Positions 47,263 through 57,182 of a stretch of 64,000 nucleotides of DNA are shown piece after piece (position 1 is the first letter of the stretch; each line of letters opens with the position of its first letter). The stretch is from Deltaproteobacteria bacterium (GTDB lineage: Bacteria; Desulfobacterota; Binatia; UBA1149; JAJCZL01): contig JAJCZL010000068.1 in the NCBI GenBank assembly GCA_029262415.1, positions 2,372 to 66,371 of the forward strand, read 5' to 3'. The translations under genes and the position numbers were made by a program. Below the pieces are notes generated by a model. The model did no database searches and was not told where the DNA came from. It saw only the letters and a program-made list of their open reading frames with translations.

Positions 47263-47280
47263 GCTTTTAGTCGGGGGCGG

Positions 47281-48225
47281 CTACCCCAGGAAACAGTTCT
47301 CGTTGTGCCAGGTCAGCGTGGCAGCATCGGGTCGGTCTGATTCTGTGTGGGGAACGTTGATCTGTTTCCCGTGAAGCGGGTAGTACGTGCGCCCGTTCTC
47401 AAAGTCTGCTTTCAAGCGTGCGCTGACTTCGAAACGGTGCTCGGGCGTGACCGTGACGTAGCCTTTGTCGAAGAGGCGATGGAAGTCCGAACGAAGTAGC
47501 AAGCCGTTCGCCGTGGCGTGCTCGCCACCCTTGGCGTACGGGCGAATGTGTGCAGCCTCCAGAGCCGGCAGCGAGTGCTCGGATGAGACGGCGCAGGTGC
47601 GTCCATACGCGTCCGTCACCGCGATGCGGAATGTCCCTTGGCCGAGGCGCGGCCTCACCAGAGTCGGCTGGCCGAAGCGTTCGGCCGGCTCGGCGATCGA
47701 CGGTGAAGAGGCGCCGCCAGCTGCTCGGGCGTAGTCGGCCTGGACGCGGGCCTGGCACTCTTGGTAAATGCGGAGTCCTTCACCCTGGCTGAGATCCTCT
47801 TGTCGACCTTGAACGGTCGCTTTTCCCCAATCGGACGGTTCTCGTACCCATTCACCTGGTGCAAAGAAGACGGGTTGGGTAATCATTAGACAGCCGACAC
47901 TGTAAGACCCACTTGGATCTCGTTTCTCGGGCTTTCGGTATCGTTCGATCCGCGCGACCATTTCTTCGAATGTTGTCGCTCCGTTTGCTTCTTCGAAGCT
48001 TTCCCAGGCGAGCCACGCAGGCAAGACTGAGGCACGCGCGAGAAACCCGAATCCCCCTATCGCGTTGTGCGGTGCCTTTAGCTTGAAGAAGAACGGAGTG
48101 CCCGGGGGCTTGCTGTGGAATGTCTTTGCGCCTGACGGTTGCCAGAAGTTCACTTCGTCCAACGTCTCGCGGGCGCGCAAGAACTCGTACCAATCAAAGT
48201 CTGTGGGTGCGATGATCCCGTGCAT
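47281..48225 (-). CDS. HNH endonuclease (putative restriction endonuclease) with N-terminal PUA-like domain
   Basis: TDFDWYEFL..EVNFWQPS..PFFFKLK N-domain; RLGQGTFR..VTDAY..CAVS..LEAAHIRPY..NGLLLRSDFHRLFDKG. Confidence 0.85.
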   Translation of the reverse strand: MHGIIAPTDFDWYEFLRARETLDEVNFWQPSGAKTFHSKPPGTPFFFKLKAPHNAIGGFGFLARASVLPAWLAWESFEEANGATTFEEMVARIERYRKPEKRDPSGSYSVGCLMITQPVFFAPGEWVREPSDWGKATVQGRQEDLSQGEGLRIYQECQARVQADYARAAGGASSPSIAEPAERFGQPTLVRPRLGQGTFRIAVTDAYGRTCAVSSEHSLPALEAAHIRPYAKGGEHATANGLLLRSDFHRLFDKGYVTVTPEHRFEVSARLKADFENGRTYYPLHGKQINVPHTESDRPDAATLTWHNENCFLG

Positions 48226-48320
48226 CCGAGTTATCTCTTCTATATAACCGCACCGTTGCGCGTGGCCTAACAACCCAGGTGTTTCGTCGGCAACGCGATG
48301 CGTCGCGTACTGGATCGGGG

Positions 48321-48692
48321 ATGGGTATGAGTGATCAGGAGCGATCAGTTGGAGAGCTAAAACATCGAGTGGCGGACTTCTGTTCCGCGCGCGACTGGGA
48401 CCAATTTCACGGTCCCAAGTCTGTCGCAGCCGGTCTGGTCACGGAGGCGGCTGAGTTGTTAGCCGAGCTACGCTTCGCGACCGATGAACAAGAGATAGCG
48501 GCCGTGCAGGATCCCGCTCGCCGCGAACGGCTGGCCGATGAGTTGGCTGACGTGTTTTTCTTCCTGCTCCGTTTTGCCCAACGATTCGATTTCGATCTGT
48601 CCGAATGCCTGGACGCCAAGCTTGCAAAGAATGCCGAGCGTTACTCCGTTGCGAAGTCGCGCGGACGCAACGCGAAGTACGATGAGCTTTAG
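48321..48692 (+). CDS. MazG-like nucleotide pyrophosphohydrolase
   Basis: RDWDQFHGPK, EAAELL, DELADV, KLAKNAERY. Confidence 0.9.
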   Translation: MGMSDQERSVGELKHRVADFCSARDWDQFHGPKSVAAGLVTEAAELLAELRFATDEQEIAAVQDPARRERLADELADVFFFLLRFAQRFDFDLSECLDAKLAKNAERYSVAKSRGRNAKYDEL

Positions 48693-48695
48693 TCG

Positions 48696-50639
48696 ATGAG
48701 ACTCTACTCGGGGCCGGTCGACCGCTTCATCAGCGACACGGTTCGCAACCGTGTCGCTGACAAGCTGAAGGACGCATTCTTCGCCTATCACCGCTTCCAG
48801 CCGGGGCCGAGTGAAGTCACATCTTGGCGCAACTCGCTGCGCGCAACGGCGCAGGTCTTTCAAGAGGCGGGGTTCGACGACCACGGCGTCATCCTTGAAT
48901 ACCAACTGCCAATGACGTCGAAACGGCTCGATTGCATGGTCTCGGGCCGCGATGCCGCGGGTGCTCCAAACGCTGTGATCATGGAGCTTAAGCAATGGGA
49001 CAAATGCGAGGAGGCCTACGGTGACGAAGTGGTCGCCACATTCGTCGGTGGGGCTGTTCGTGAGGTGTTGCATCCGTCGGCACAGGTCGGCCGCTACCAG
49101 CGCTATCTAGAAGACTCGCACACGGCTTTCTACGATGGGGAGAACCCGATCAAGCTGAGTTCATGTGCATACCTACACAACTACACGCCTGTAGAGAACG
49201 ACCTGCTCTTGGCGGAAAAGTACCGTCCGCTGCTTGATGAGTTTCCGACCTACACAGCTGACGATGTCGATGAGCTGCTAGGGCACCTTACCGACAAACT
49301 CGGCGCAGGTGGCGGGATGCCGCTTCTCGAGCAGATCGAGGAGAGCCGATACCGGCCGAGCAAGAAGCTGTTGGACCACGTCGCCGGCGTGATCAAGGGG
49401 AAACCTGAGTACGTACTGCTCGACGAACAAGAGATTGTTTATGAGCGGGTGCTCTCCGCTGCGCAGGATGGGTTCGCGGATCGCAAACACGCTGTAGTGA
49501 TCGTGAAGGGTGGACCCGGTACGGGCAAATCGGTCATCGCGATCAATCTGCTCGCCGATCTCTCGTTGAAGGGCTTCAATTCGCACTATGCGACCGGTTC
49601 GAAGGCGTTTACTGAAACTCTGAGGAAGGCGGTTGGGAAGCGAAGCGAAGTGCAGTTCAAGTACTTCAACCAGTATGGCCAGGCGCAACCTAACGATGTC
49701 GACGTGCTGATCTGCGATGAAGCGCACCGGATTCGTGTGACGAGCAACGACCGGTTCACGCCGAAAGCGAACAGGTCGGACAACCCACAAATCGATGAGC
49801 TATTTGATGCCGCGAAGGTCAACGTATTCTTCATCGACGACAAGCAAGGTGTGCGGCCGCTGGAGATCGGTTCGGCTGATTACATCCGAGACGCTGCCGC
49901 CCGCCGTGGCAGCCGAGTGTTTGACTATCAGCTGGAGGCGCAGTTTCGGTGCGCCGGCTCTGACGGGTTCGTTAACTGGGTGAGCAATACGCTTGAGATC
50001 GAGCGTACCGCCAATGTGCTCTGGGACGCAGGCGACGAACAATTCGACTTTCGCATCATGGATTCGCCGGCTGCGCTCGAGACCGCGATTCGACAACGGG
50101 TGTTTGACGGAAACACCGGCCGAATGGTCGCCGGGTTTTGCTGGCCCTGGTCTAAACCGAAAGCAGATCGGACCCTAGAGGATGACGTTGTTATCGGGGA
50201 TTTTGGCCGCCCCTGGAATGCGCGCTCCGACGCCGGTCGACTCGCCCAGGGCATACCGAAGGAGTCGTTCTGGGCGACGGATCCGAACGGTATCGAGCAG
50301 GTCGGATGTGTATACACCGCTCAAGGTTTCGAATTCGACTACGTCGGCGTGATCTGGGGGCCTGACCTTGTTTACGACTTTGATGCGAACGCCTGGCGTG
50401 GTGACAAGACCGCGTCGAAAGACTCAACGGTAAAGCGTGCGAAAGAAGGGTTTACCGAGTTCGTTAAAAATACGTACCGCGTGCTTTTATCACGTGGGAT
50501 GAAGGGGTGCTACGTGTACTTCATGGACAAGGATACGGAGAGGTATTTTAAAAGTCGGATGGAGGGGTTGGATAAGGCGGCTGATCGATGGGGAGATTTG
50601 GAGGCGGCGGAATCGAAGCCGAAATACGGGTCTGAGTAG
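48696..50639 (+). CDS. DUF2075 (Schlafen group 3-like) helicase with N-terminal PD-(D/E)xK-like domain
   Basis: EYQLP..SKRLD..IMELKQW; GGPGTGKS; CDEAHR; QFRCAGS; TAQGFEFDYVGV; NTYRVLLSRGMKG. Confidence 0.88.
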   Translation: MRLYSGPVDRFISDTVRNRVADKLKDAFFAYHRFQPGPSEVTSWRNSLRATAQVFQEAGFDDHGVILEYQLPMTSKRLDCMVSGRDAAGAPNAVIMELKQWDKCEEAYGDEVVATFVGGAVREVLHPSAQVGRYQRYLEDSHTAFYDGENPIKLSSCAYLHNYTPVENDLLLAEKYRPLLDEFPTYTADDVDELLGHLTDKLGAGGGMPLLEQIEESRYRPSKKLLDHVAGVIKGKPEYVLLDEQEIVYERVLSAAQDGFADRKHAVVIVKGGPGTGKSVIAINLLADLSLKGFNSHYATGSKAFTETLRKAVGKRSEVQFKYFNQYGQAQPNDVDVLICDEAHRIRVTSNDRFTPKANRSDNPQIDELFDAAKVNVFFIDDKQGVRPLEIGSADYIRDAAARRGSRVFDYQLEAQFRCAGSDGFVNWVSNTLEIERTANVLWDAGDEQFDFRIMDSPAALETAIRQRVFDGNTGRMVAGFCWPWSKPKADRTLEDDVVIGDFGRPWNARSDAGRLAQGIPKESFWATDPNGIEQVGCVYTAQGFEFDYVGVIWGPDLVYDFDANAWRGDKTASKDSTVKRAKEGFTEFVKNTYRVLLSRGMKGCYVYFMDKDTERYFKSRMEGLDKAADRWGDLEAAESKPKYGSE

Positions 50640-50649
50640 CGCTTCCTCG

Positions 50650-53600
50650 ATGGCGTTGAATTGCCCTTTCTGTTCCCCCGCCTCCGAGTCCGTCTTCCAC
50701 GCGGGCTCAGCGATTCTCGCCCTCTGGGACGCCCACCCCGTCTCCCAGGGCCACGCCCTCCTAATCCCTAAACGCCACGTCGAAACCTGGTTCGACGCCA
50801 CGCCTGAGGAACAAGCCGAACTCACCGCCGCGATTGCAATAGCTAAGCAGGCGATTGAAGAACAGCACACGCCAGACGGCTACAACATCGGCATCAACGT
50901 CGGCCCCGAGGCAGGACAAACCGTCTTTCACCTGCACGTCCATGTGATCCCGCGCTACCGTGGTGACGTCGACGATCCGCGTGGCGGCGTGCGCTCGGTA
51001 ATTCCTGCCAAGAAAATCCCCGAGAGCGCCCTTACAACCGGCCCGGTCGACGGTGACGAGACGGTCAAGGACACCGAGAACGCTCGATACGCTCCGTCGG
51101 CACTCACGGGTCTGCCGCGCAATCGCGGGATCGTCACGGGTGGCCTGGACGATCCGCTCATCTATCACCTACGCGCACACCTTGACGACGCACGACGCGC
51201 CGATATCGCCGTTGCCTTTGTGCTCGAGACCGGTGTGATCGAAATCGAGGCGCACCTGGCCGAGATCGTCACCAAAGACGACGGCCGCCTGCGTTTGCTA
51301 ACCGGCGACTACCAAGGCGTGACCGAACCCGGCGCGCTGCGCCGCTTGCTCGATCTGACAGCACCTCATCCCGAGCGCGTCGAGCTGCGCGTGTACGAAA
51401 CCGGAGGCGGTAGTTTTCATCCAAAATCCTACATCGTTGAGAACCGCCGCGGCGAGGTTACGGCCTATGTAGGCAGCTCGAACCTGACGCGCACGGCACT
51501 GCGCACCGGCGTTGAATGGAACTACCGACCAGGGAGTGTCTCGCATCCCGAGGGCGTGACCGACGTGCAAGCTGCGTTCGAGCGACTTTTCAAGGACCCA
51601 AAGACCAAGCCGCTCGATGCCGTATGGATCGATAGCTATGAAGCCCGGCGCGCAACGGCGCAGACGCGCATGGACGCACCGGCCGGTATTCCCGATGAAC
51701 CCCCGCCGCCACCGCCCGATCCGCACGCTATCCAACAAGAAGCGCTCGCCGCACTAGGCGCCACGCGCGATGATGGCAACCGCGCAGGCCTTGTGGTGAT
51801 GGGCACGGGCCTTGGTAAGACCTGGCTTGCGGCCTTTGACAGCGCCGTGGCCGGTGCGCGACGCGTGTTGTTCGTCGCGCACCGCGAAGAGATTCTGGCA
51901 CAGGCGCTTTCAACATTTCGCCGCATCCGTCCTGAGGCCAAGCTCGGCTTCTTTAACGGGCTGGCGAAGATCGCCGATGCCGACGTGCTGTTTGCGTCTG
52001 TGCAGACACTCAGCCGCCGCAACCACCTGGACCGCTTCGACGCGCACGATTTCGACTACATTATTATCGATGAATTCCACCACGCCGCCGCGGCGACTTA
52101 CCGGCGTGTGATCGGTTACTTTGAACCGGAGTTCCTGCTGGGACTGACGGCAACGCCCGAGCGCACCGACGGCGGCGACTTGCTCGGCCTTTGCGGTGAA
52201 AACCTCGTTTACCGCTGCGACTTCCTGCGCGGGATCCGCCAAGGCCTGCTCTCACCGTTTCACTACTTCGGCGTGCCCGATGAGGTCGACTACGCGAACA
52301 TCCCGTGGCGAAGCTCGCGCTTTGACGAAGCAGAACTAACTCTCGCCTTGGCCACCGAGAAACGCGCGGCCAATGCGTTGGCGCAGCTTCGCGAGCGCGG
52401 CGGCACACGGACTTTGGCTTTTTGCTGCTCAAGGCGCCACGCCGATTTTATGTGCGAATACTTCAGGGGCGCGGGTATGCGCGCGGCGGCCGTCCACTCG
52501 GGCGAGACTTCCGACCCGCGCGCTACTTCCTTGGAACTGCTCGAAGAAGGCGAACTCGACGTCGTTTGCGCAGTAGACATGTTCAACGAGGGCGTCGACA
52601 TCCCCGAGGTCGACACCGTCTTGATGCTGCGCCCAACCGAGTCGCGCATCCTTTGGCTGCAGCAGCTCGGGCGCGGCTTGCGGCAGTGCGAGGGCAAGAC
52701 GCTTAAGATCATCGACTACATCGGCAACCACCGCAGCTTCTTGCTAAAACCGCAGGCGCTGTTCGGGTTGGAGCAGGGCGATCGCCACGTCCGTGATGTG
52801 CTGGTGGCCGTCGCCGCTGGCTCGTACGACCTACCGCCCGGATGTGAGGTGACCTACGACCTTGAGGCTGTGCGCATCTTCGAGGCGATGCTTCATTCAG
52901 AGAGCGCGGGCGACCTGATGCGCACGTTCTACGAGGATTTTCTTGCCGAACATGGCGAACGTCCGACCGCCCCGGAAGCGTTTTATGCGGGCCTTTCGCC
53001 GCGCTCGGTTCGCAAGAGCTACGGGTCGTGGCTTGGGTTCATAGAGCAGATGGGTGGGCTCACCGAGCCCGAGCAGGCCGTGCGCGCGGGTAGCACCGGC
53101 ACGCTACTTGAGCACCTCGAGACCACGCCGATGTCGCGGAGCTTTAAGATGCTCGTGCTGCTCGCGATGATCGAAGCGGAGGCCTTTCCGGGGCGGATCT
53201 CGATTGAGGATCTTGTCGAGAGAGTGCGAAAGATGGCGCGCCGGTCGGTTCGCGTGCGTACCGATCTTGGCGTCGATATCGAAGACGCCGAAGTAGTGCG
53301 TCGGCATCTCGAACAGAATCCAATTGCAGCCTGGGTCGGAGGGCAGGGGACCGGCGGTGATGCCCACTTTGCTTACGAAGACGGCGAGTTCCGTACGGTG
53401 TTCGGCGCCGGCGACGTTAGTGATGCGCATGCGTATTTGGATCTTGCGCGCGAGTTGGCCGAGTGGCGTTTGGTGCAGTACTTGGATCGGCCGGGGCAAT
53501 CTGACGGCGATCGGATTGTTTGTAGCGTCACGCACAACGCGTCGGGCACGCCCATCTTGATGCTGCCCGATCGCGAGAGGGTGGCTCAGATTCCGAAGGG

Positions 53601-54282
53601 CTGGGTTCGGGTACGAATCGGCGAGGAAAACTTGGAGGCGAACTTCGTAAAGATCGCAGTCAACGTCATGCGGCGTGAAGATACCGAGGAGAACGTACTT
53701 GGGGAAGTATTACGGGGATGGTTCGGTGAGAAGGCCGGCGCATCGGGGACTGCGCAGCGGGTGGTGTTTGAGAGAGGCGAGGATGCGTATGAGTTGGTGC
53801 CGGTCGGGGTTGATGTCCCAGGCAAACCGTCTGGTGCGATCGTGGGCAAGGCCTACAAGCGTGCCGATATTCCCGGGTTGTTTGACCAGGAGCTGACGGT
53901 CGATTTCCAACGCTCGGGTTTCATCGTGAGAGACGGGCACATGTACTTGCTCGTCACGCTTGATAAGTCCGGCTTCGCCGAAGAACACAAATACGGCGAC
54001 CGGTTTCTCTCAGGAGAACTATTCGAGTGGCAGAGTCAGAACCGAACGACGCAGAGTGGTAAGCACGGGCAGCTGATCAAGGGGCACCGAGAGTCTGGCG
54101 TAACGGTGCATCTGTTTGTGCGCGAGCGTAAGGACGTCAGAGGCACGGCATTGCCGTATGTGTATTGCGGCGACCTCGACTTCGTGGATTGGGAAAGAGA
54201 GAAACCGATTACCGTGCGCTGGCGGTTGCAGGTACCGCTTTCAGCCGATCTTCAACGAAGGTTCGCGGTTGGTAGGTCGTAG
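50650..54282 (+). CDS. HIT-PLD-SF2 helicase-DUF3427 fusion protein
   Basis: CPFC...HLHVHVIP (HIT); FHPKSY...VGSSNLT (PLD); GTGLGKT, DEFHH, TATPER, QQLGRGLR (helicase); FEWQSQNRT...HLFVR...Y.YCG (DUF3427). Confidence 0.88.
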   Translation: MALNCPFCSPASESVFHAGSAILALWDAHPVSQGHALLIPKRHVETWFDATPEEQAELTAAIAIAKQAIEEQHTPDGYNIGINVGPEAGQTVFHLHVHVIPRYRGDVDDPRGGVRSVIPAKKIPESALTTGPVDGDETVKDTENARYAPSALTGLPRNRGIVTGGLDDPLIYHLRAHLDDARRADIAVAFVLETGVIEIEAHLAEIVTKDDGRLRLLTGDYQGVTEPGALRRLLDLTAPHPERVELRVYETGGGSFHPKSYIVENRRGEVTAYVGSSNLTRTALRTGVEWNYRPGSVSHPEGVTDVQAAFERLFKDPKTKPLDAVWIDSYEARRATAQTRMDAPAGIPDEPPPPPPDPHAIQQEALAALGATRDDGNRAGLVVMGTGLGKTWLAAFDSAVAGARRVLFVAHREEILAQALSTFRRIRPEAKLGFFNGLAKIADADVLFASVQTLSRRNHLDRFDAHDFDYIIIDEFHHAAAATYRRVIGYFEPEFLLGLTATPERTDGGDLLGLCGENLVYRCDFLRGIRQGLLSPFHYFGVPDEVDYANIPWRSSRFDEAELTLALATEKRAANALAQLRERGGTRTLAFCCSRRHADFMCEYFRGAGMRAAAVHSGETSDPRATSLELLEEGELDVVCAVDMFNEGVDIPEVDTVLMLRPTESRILWLQQLGRGLRQCEGKTLKIIDYIGNHRSFLLKPQALFGLEQGDRHVRDVLVAVAAGSYDLPPGCEVTYDLEAVRIFEAMLHSESAGDLMRTFYEDFLAEHGERPTAPEAFYAGLSPRSVRKSYGSWLGFIEQMGGLTEPEQAVRAGSTGTLLEHLETTPMSRSFKMLVLLAMIEAEAFPGRISIEDLVERVRKMARRSVRVRTDLGVDIEDAEVVRRHLEQNPIAAWVGGQGTGGDAHFAYEDGEFRTVFGAGDVSDAHAYLDLARELAEWRLVQYLDRPGQSDGDRIVCSVTHNASGTPILMLPDRERVAQIPKGWVRVRIGEENLEANFVKIAVNVMRREDTEENVLGEVLRGWFGEKAGASGTAQRVVFERGEDAYELVPVGVDVPGKPSGAIVGKAYKRADIPGLFDQELTVDFQRSGFIVRDGHMYLLVTLDKSGFAEEHKYGDRFLSGELFEWQSQNRTTQSGKHGQLIKGHRESGVTVHLFVRERKDVRGTALPYVYCGDLDFVDWEREKPITVRWRLQVPLSADLQRRFAVGRS

Positions 54283-54347
54283 TCCCGGGAATGGCTGCCG
54301 CAATCGCCGCGGGTAAATCCATCATGCGAAGGCGACGCTAGCCCTCC

Positions 54348-54941
54348 TCACCTCAACTTCCCCTCCGTCCGCAGCACCGCCTTTGTCAGCAACCGGATAA
54401 TCTCGACCTCGGTCACCCCGAATCGTGCAAGCAATTCGTAGACCCGGCCGACAGTTGTTTGGACCTCCTTTCTCGCCCGTCGCGTCTTCTCGGTTTGGCC
54501 GGCTGCTTCGATTTCGGCCGGGGTGGCTTTGAGCAAGGCGGCTACGCGTAGAACCAGAGTTGCATCGATCGGACTGTCTGGCACCGGCACGTCTTTTCGT
54601 GTCGACCCAGCGGTTCGCGCGCCCGCCGGTTCCTTGGGCTCAAAGCCGCGAACGGAGAACTTGCCGATTTTCAGTTGGCCGCCCTCAATCCCGATCTCGA
54701 TATCCTTGCTTCGCGGCAGCATCGTTCGCAGCTTTACGAGCGGAGTAACGCTGATCGAGATTCGCCCAAGTGACGCCCCACGCGCAGGGATCGTGTGTTT
54801 TACGCGCGGCATCTCGAATCGAACTGCATCGCCGGTAACGGTCACGACAACTCGGCACGCGCCGAACTGCTTCTCGGCGGTCGCCAACTGTTTGAGTGCG
54901 TCGCGCAGTTCTCTGCGGTCTACCTTTGTACGGCTGGCCAT
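54348..54941 (-). CDS. Hypothetical protein
   Basis: 197-aa ORF with ATG filling the gap, protein-like composition, no recognised motif. Confidence 0.5.
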   Translation of the reverse strand: MASRTKVDRRELRDALKQLATAEKQFGACRVVVTVTGDAVRFEMPRVKHTIPARGASLGRISISVTPLVKLRTMLPRSKDIEIGIEGGQLKIGKFSVRGFEPKEPAGARTAGSTRKDVPVPDSPIDATLVLRVAALLKATPAEIEAAGQTEKTRRARKEVQTTVGRVYELLARFGVTEVEIIRLLTKAVLRTEGKLR

Positions 54942-55082
54942 CGGGCAGGCAGCGTAGCGGGAAGTTGGGTGCGATGAAACATGAGATGAAACACGAGCGG
55001 TGGCGACCCAGTCTTCGCCGCGAATCTTGAGGGTAGAGACGGTGCGAGTTTAGCGCGAAGGCAAGGCTACGGAACCAAACGA

Positions 55083-55277
55083 CTACTTGCCCTTAGCGTC
55101 CTGTGTTTGACGGGGTTTGTCGTTCGCTTCTTCACGTGACCGCCTCGTCTCGTCGTTTCGCAAGATACTGTCTACACTCGGCGTTCGCATCCATTCAGGC
55201 CAGGCCTCGACCTCCTTGGCCGTACGGTGCACATCCTTCCAGAAATCTTCGCTGCTAGCTTTCTTGTTCTTTTTCAT
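55083..55277 (-). CDS. Small hypothetical protein
   Basis: AAGGTG upstream of MKKNKK...FWKDVHRTAKEVEAWPEWMR. Confidence 0.35.
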   Translation of the reverse strand: MKKNKKASSEDFWKDVHRTAKEVEAWPEWMRTPSVDSILRNDETRRSREEANDKPRQTQDAKGK

Positions 55278-55490
55278 GAGCACTCACCTTCAAGGATTCT
55301 CCGATTCCGTCAAGAAGAGCAACTGCCTTCTTTTCGCGTTCTGGGTATGCGATTGAAACCATTGGCGTACGAGGGTGCGAGTCCACCGCACGCTCTGTTT
55401 ATTACTGATGGGATTGCAACTCCCCCCGGCCCCGCCTCGCCCCGCCCCGGCTTGTCACCACGACTTCCACAGCTTAGTTTCGACACCCAC

Positions 55491-57182
55491 ATGGCTGGTC
55501 GCAAAAAGCCGCGCCGCCGTCGCGCTCGGACATCCGCGCGCGCGGAGGGCTGCGGGCAGTGGGTTCTTGCGGTGCGGAGGTTTCCCGGCGTGGTTGCCGA
55601 GCCCGGCCGCGACGAAGTCCGTCCGCTGATTGTCATCTGCTACGAGACCGAATCCGACCTTGTCGTGGGACAGACGCTGGTGATGCCCGATGAGCTGACC
55701 GGCGCGTGCGCACGTGTGCTGAGCAGCGCGTGCGCGGCACCGTCGGCGGGCGCCCCGAGGACCCCGGCCCGTGTGTGGGTGGAGAGCGTGGAGATCGCAG
55801 AAGAACTCTCCTCCATCAAAGGTCTTCGCGCCGAGGTTGTCGTCGGCGAGGTGCCGGAGATCGATGGGGTGATGGATTCGTTGCGGGCCTCGTTGGCCGG
55901 CAGCGGCCGGGCTTCCGACGAAGGGCCGGGCTACCTGCAAGACGGCGGTTTATCGCGCGAGACGGTTGGCGCGTTGTTCGAGGCGGCGCGCGCACTGTAC
56001 GCCGTCGCACCGTGGAAGGATTGCAACGAGTGTCTTGCTCGCATCGATATTCCCGAGCTCGACGTGGCGGGGGCGTGTCTCGTGGTCATCGGCGCGCTCG
56101 GCGATGTTTTCGGGTTTTTGCTGTTCCCCTCGGCCGATGCCCATGAGCAGTTCATCGAAGCCACCGCGCGTACGCGACGCGGCGGGCCCGACCGTTTCGG
56201 CACACCGTTTACGTCGTTGACGTTTGTGTGCGCAGCCGATCTGCCCTCGCGGCACCGCCGCGAGGCCATGCGCGAGCGTTGGCCGGTAGCCTCCAGCGAA
56301 GCCTACCCGTTGCCCGAACGTCTGGACTCAGACGGACTCCGACGCTCCCTCACCGAACGCGACATGAAGGTGCTCGGCGCAGTCACCTCGGCTCTGTGCG
56401 CTTTCGCCGTTCGCCACCCACGATCGCTTACCGATCCCGACAGCGCTCCGGTGCGTGAAACCAGTTCGGGCCGCGACAACATCGCGGTTCGAATCACCGT
56501 GCCCTATGAGGCCTACGAGTTATTTGAAGCCAAACCAACGGGTGCGGCGGGCAAACGCGAGTCGAAGCTTAAGGTCGAAGACCGCTTACTCGGCAGAATG
56601 CTCGGGTTCGCATGCGAGACGCTGGGGCGCAGCTTCGTTGCGGAGATGGAAAGCGACTTCGACGACATCGAGTCTGCCGTTCAACTCGTGCTGCCCTTCG
56701 GCTTGTTTCATCGCCTCTACGGCGGGCGCACGGTTGCCGCGCGCTTCTTTGATGCCCACGGCTCAGAGCTTGCGGGCGAGGAGGCAAAGCTGTTTGCGGC
56801 GCACCGAGAGGGTTGGTTGAGCATTTGGGAGGTCGAGCAGGTGCAGCGCGGGCGCGGCCTGGAGTTGCTTGACGTCTTATCGGGCCAACGGTGCACGGTT
56901 GTCGAGAAAACGCTTTCTCGCAGTGTCGCCGAAGGGCATTGCCTGCTTGCGTGTGTGCTGCGCATGGATGGCCGGTTCGTCATCAACGGCATGCACGGGC
57001 GTCCGCTGGCGGCGCCTGTTGCCGCGCTAGTCGCCGAACGTGGGCGCAGGCGACTGCGCCGCAAGCGCGAGGTTCCGGTGGAGCGCTTGCGCGACGGCCG
57101 CTTCGCGCGCGCACTGCTCGGATACTGGGAAGACGCGGTTGCGACGCTCGATGCGGCTTTGCGGCCTAGCGGCCGCGGATAG
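55491..57182 (+). CDS. Hypothetical multidomain protein with a domain usually seen in SEC-C-motif proteins
   Basis: LFEAARALY..APW, CLVVIGALG, and WLSIWEV..V.RG.G.EL.DVLSG....V.E..LS; ATG 55491 preferred. Confidence 0.6.
   Translation: MAGRKKPRRRRARTSARAEGCGQWVLAVRRFPGVVAEPGRDEVRPLIVICYETESDLVVGQTLVMPDELTGACARVLSSACAAPSAGAPRTPARVWVESVEIAEELSSIKGLRAEVVVGEVPEIDGVMDSLRASLAGSGRASDEGPGYLQDGGLSRETVGALFEAARALYAVAPWKDCNECLARIDIPELDVAGACLVVIGALGDVFGFLLFPSADAHEQFIEATARTRRGGPDRFGTPFTSLTFVCAADLPSRHRREAMRERWPVASSEAYPLPERLDSDGLRRSLTERDMKVLGAVTSALCAFAVRHPRSLTDPDSAPVRETSSGRDNIAVRITVPYEAYELFEAKPTGAAGKRESKLKVEDRLLGRMLGFACETLGRSFVAEMESDFDDIESAVQLVLPFGLFHRLYGGRTVAARFFDAHGSELAGEEAKLFAAHREGWLSIWEVEQVQRGRGLELLDVLSGQRCTVVEKTLSRSVAEGHCLLACVLRMDGRFVINGMHGRPLAAPVAALVAERGRRRLRRKREVPVERLRDGRFARALLGYWEDAVATLDAALRPSGRG

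Noticed and set aside
55280..55440. Remnant toxin or membrane-effector gene upstream of the small ORF
   Set aside because: The translations gave no motif I could assign with confidence
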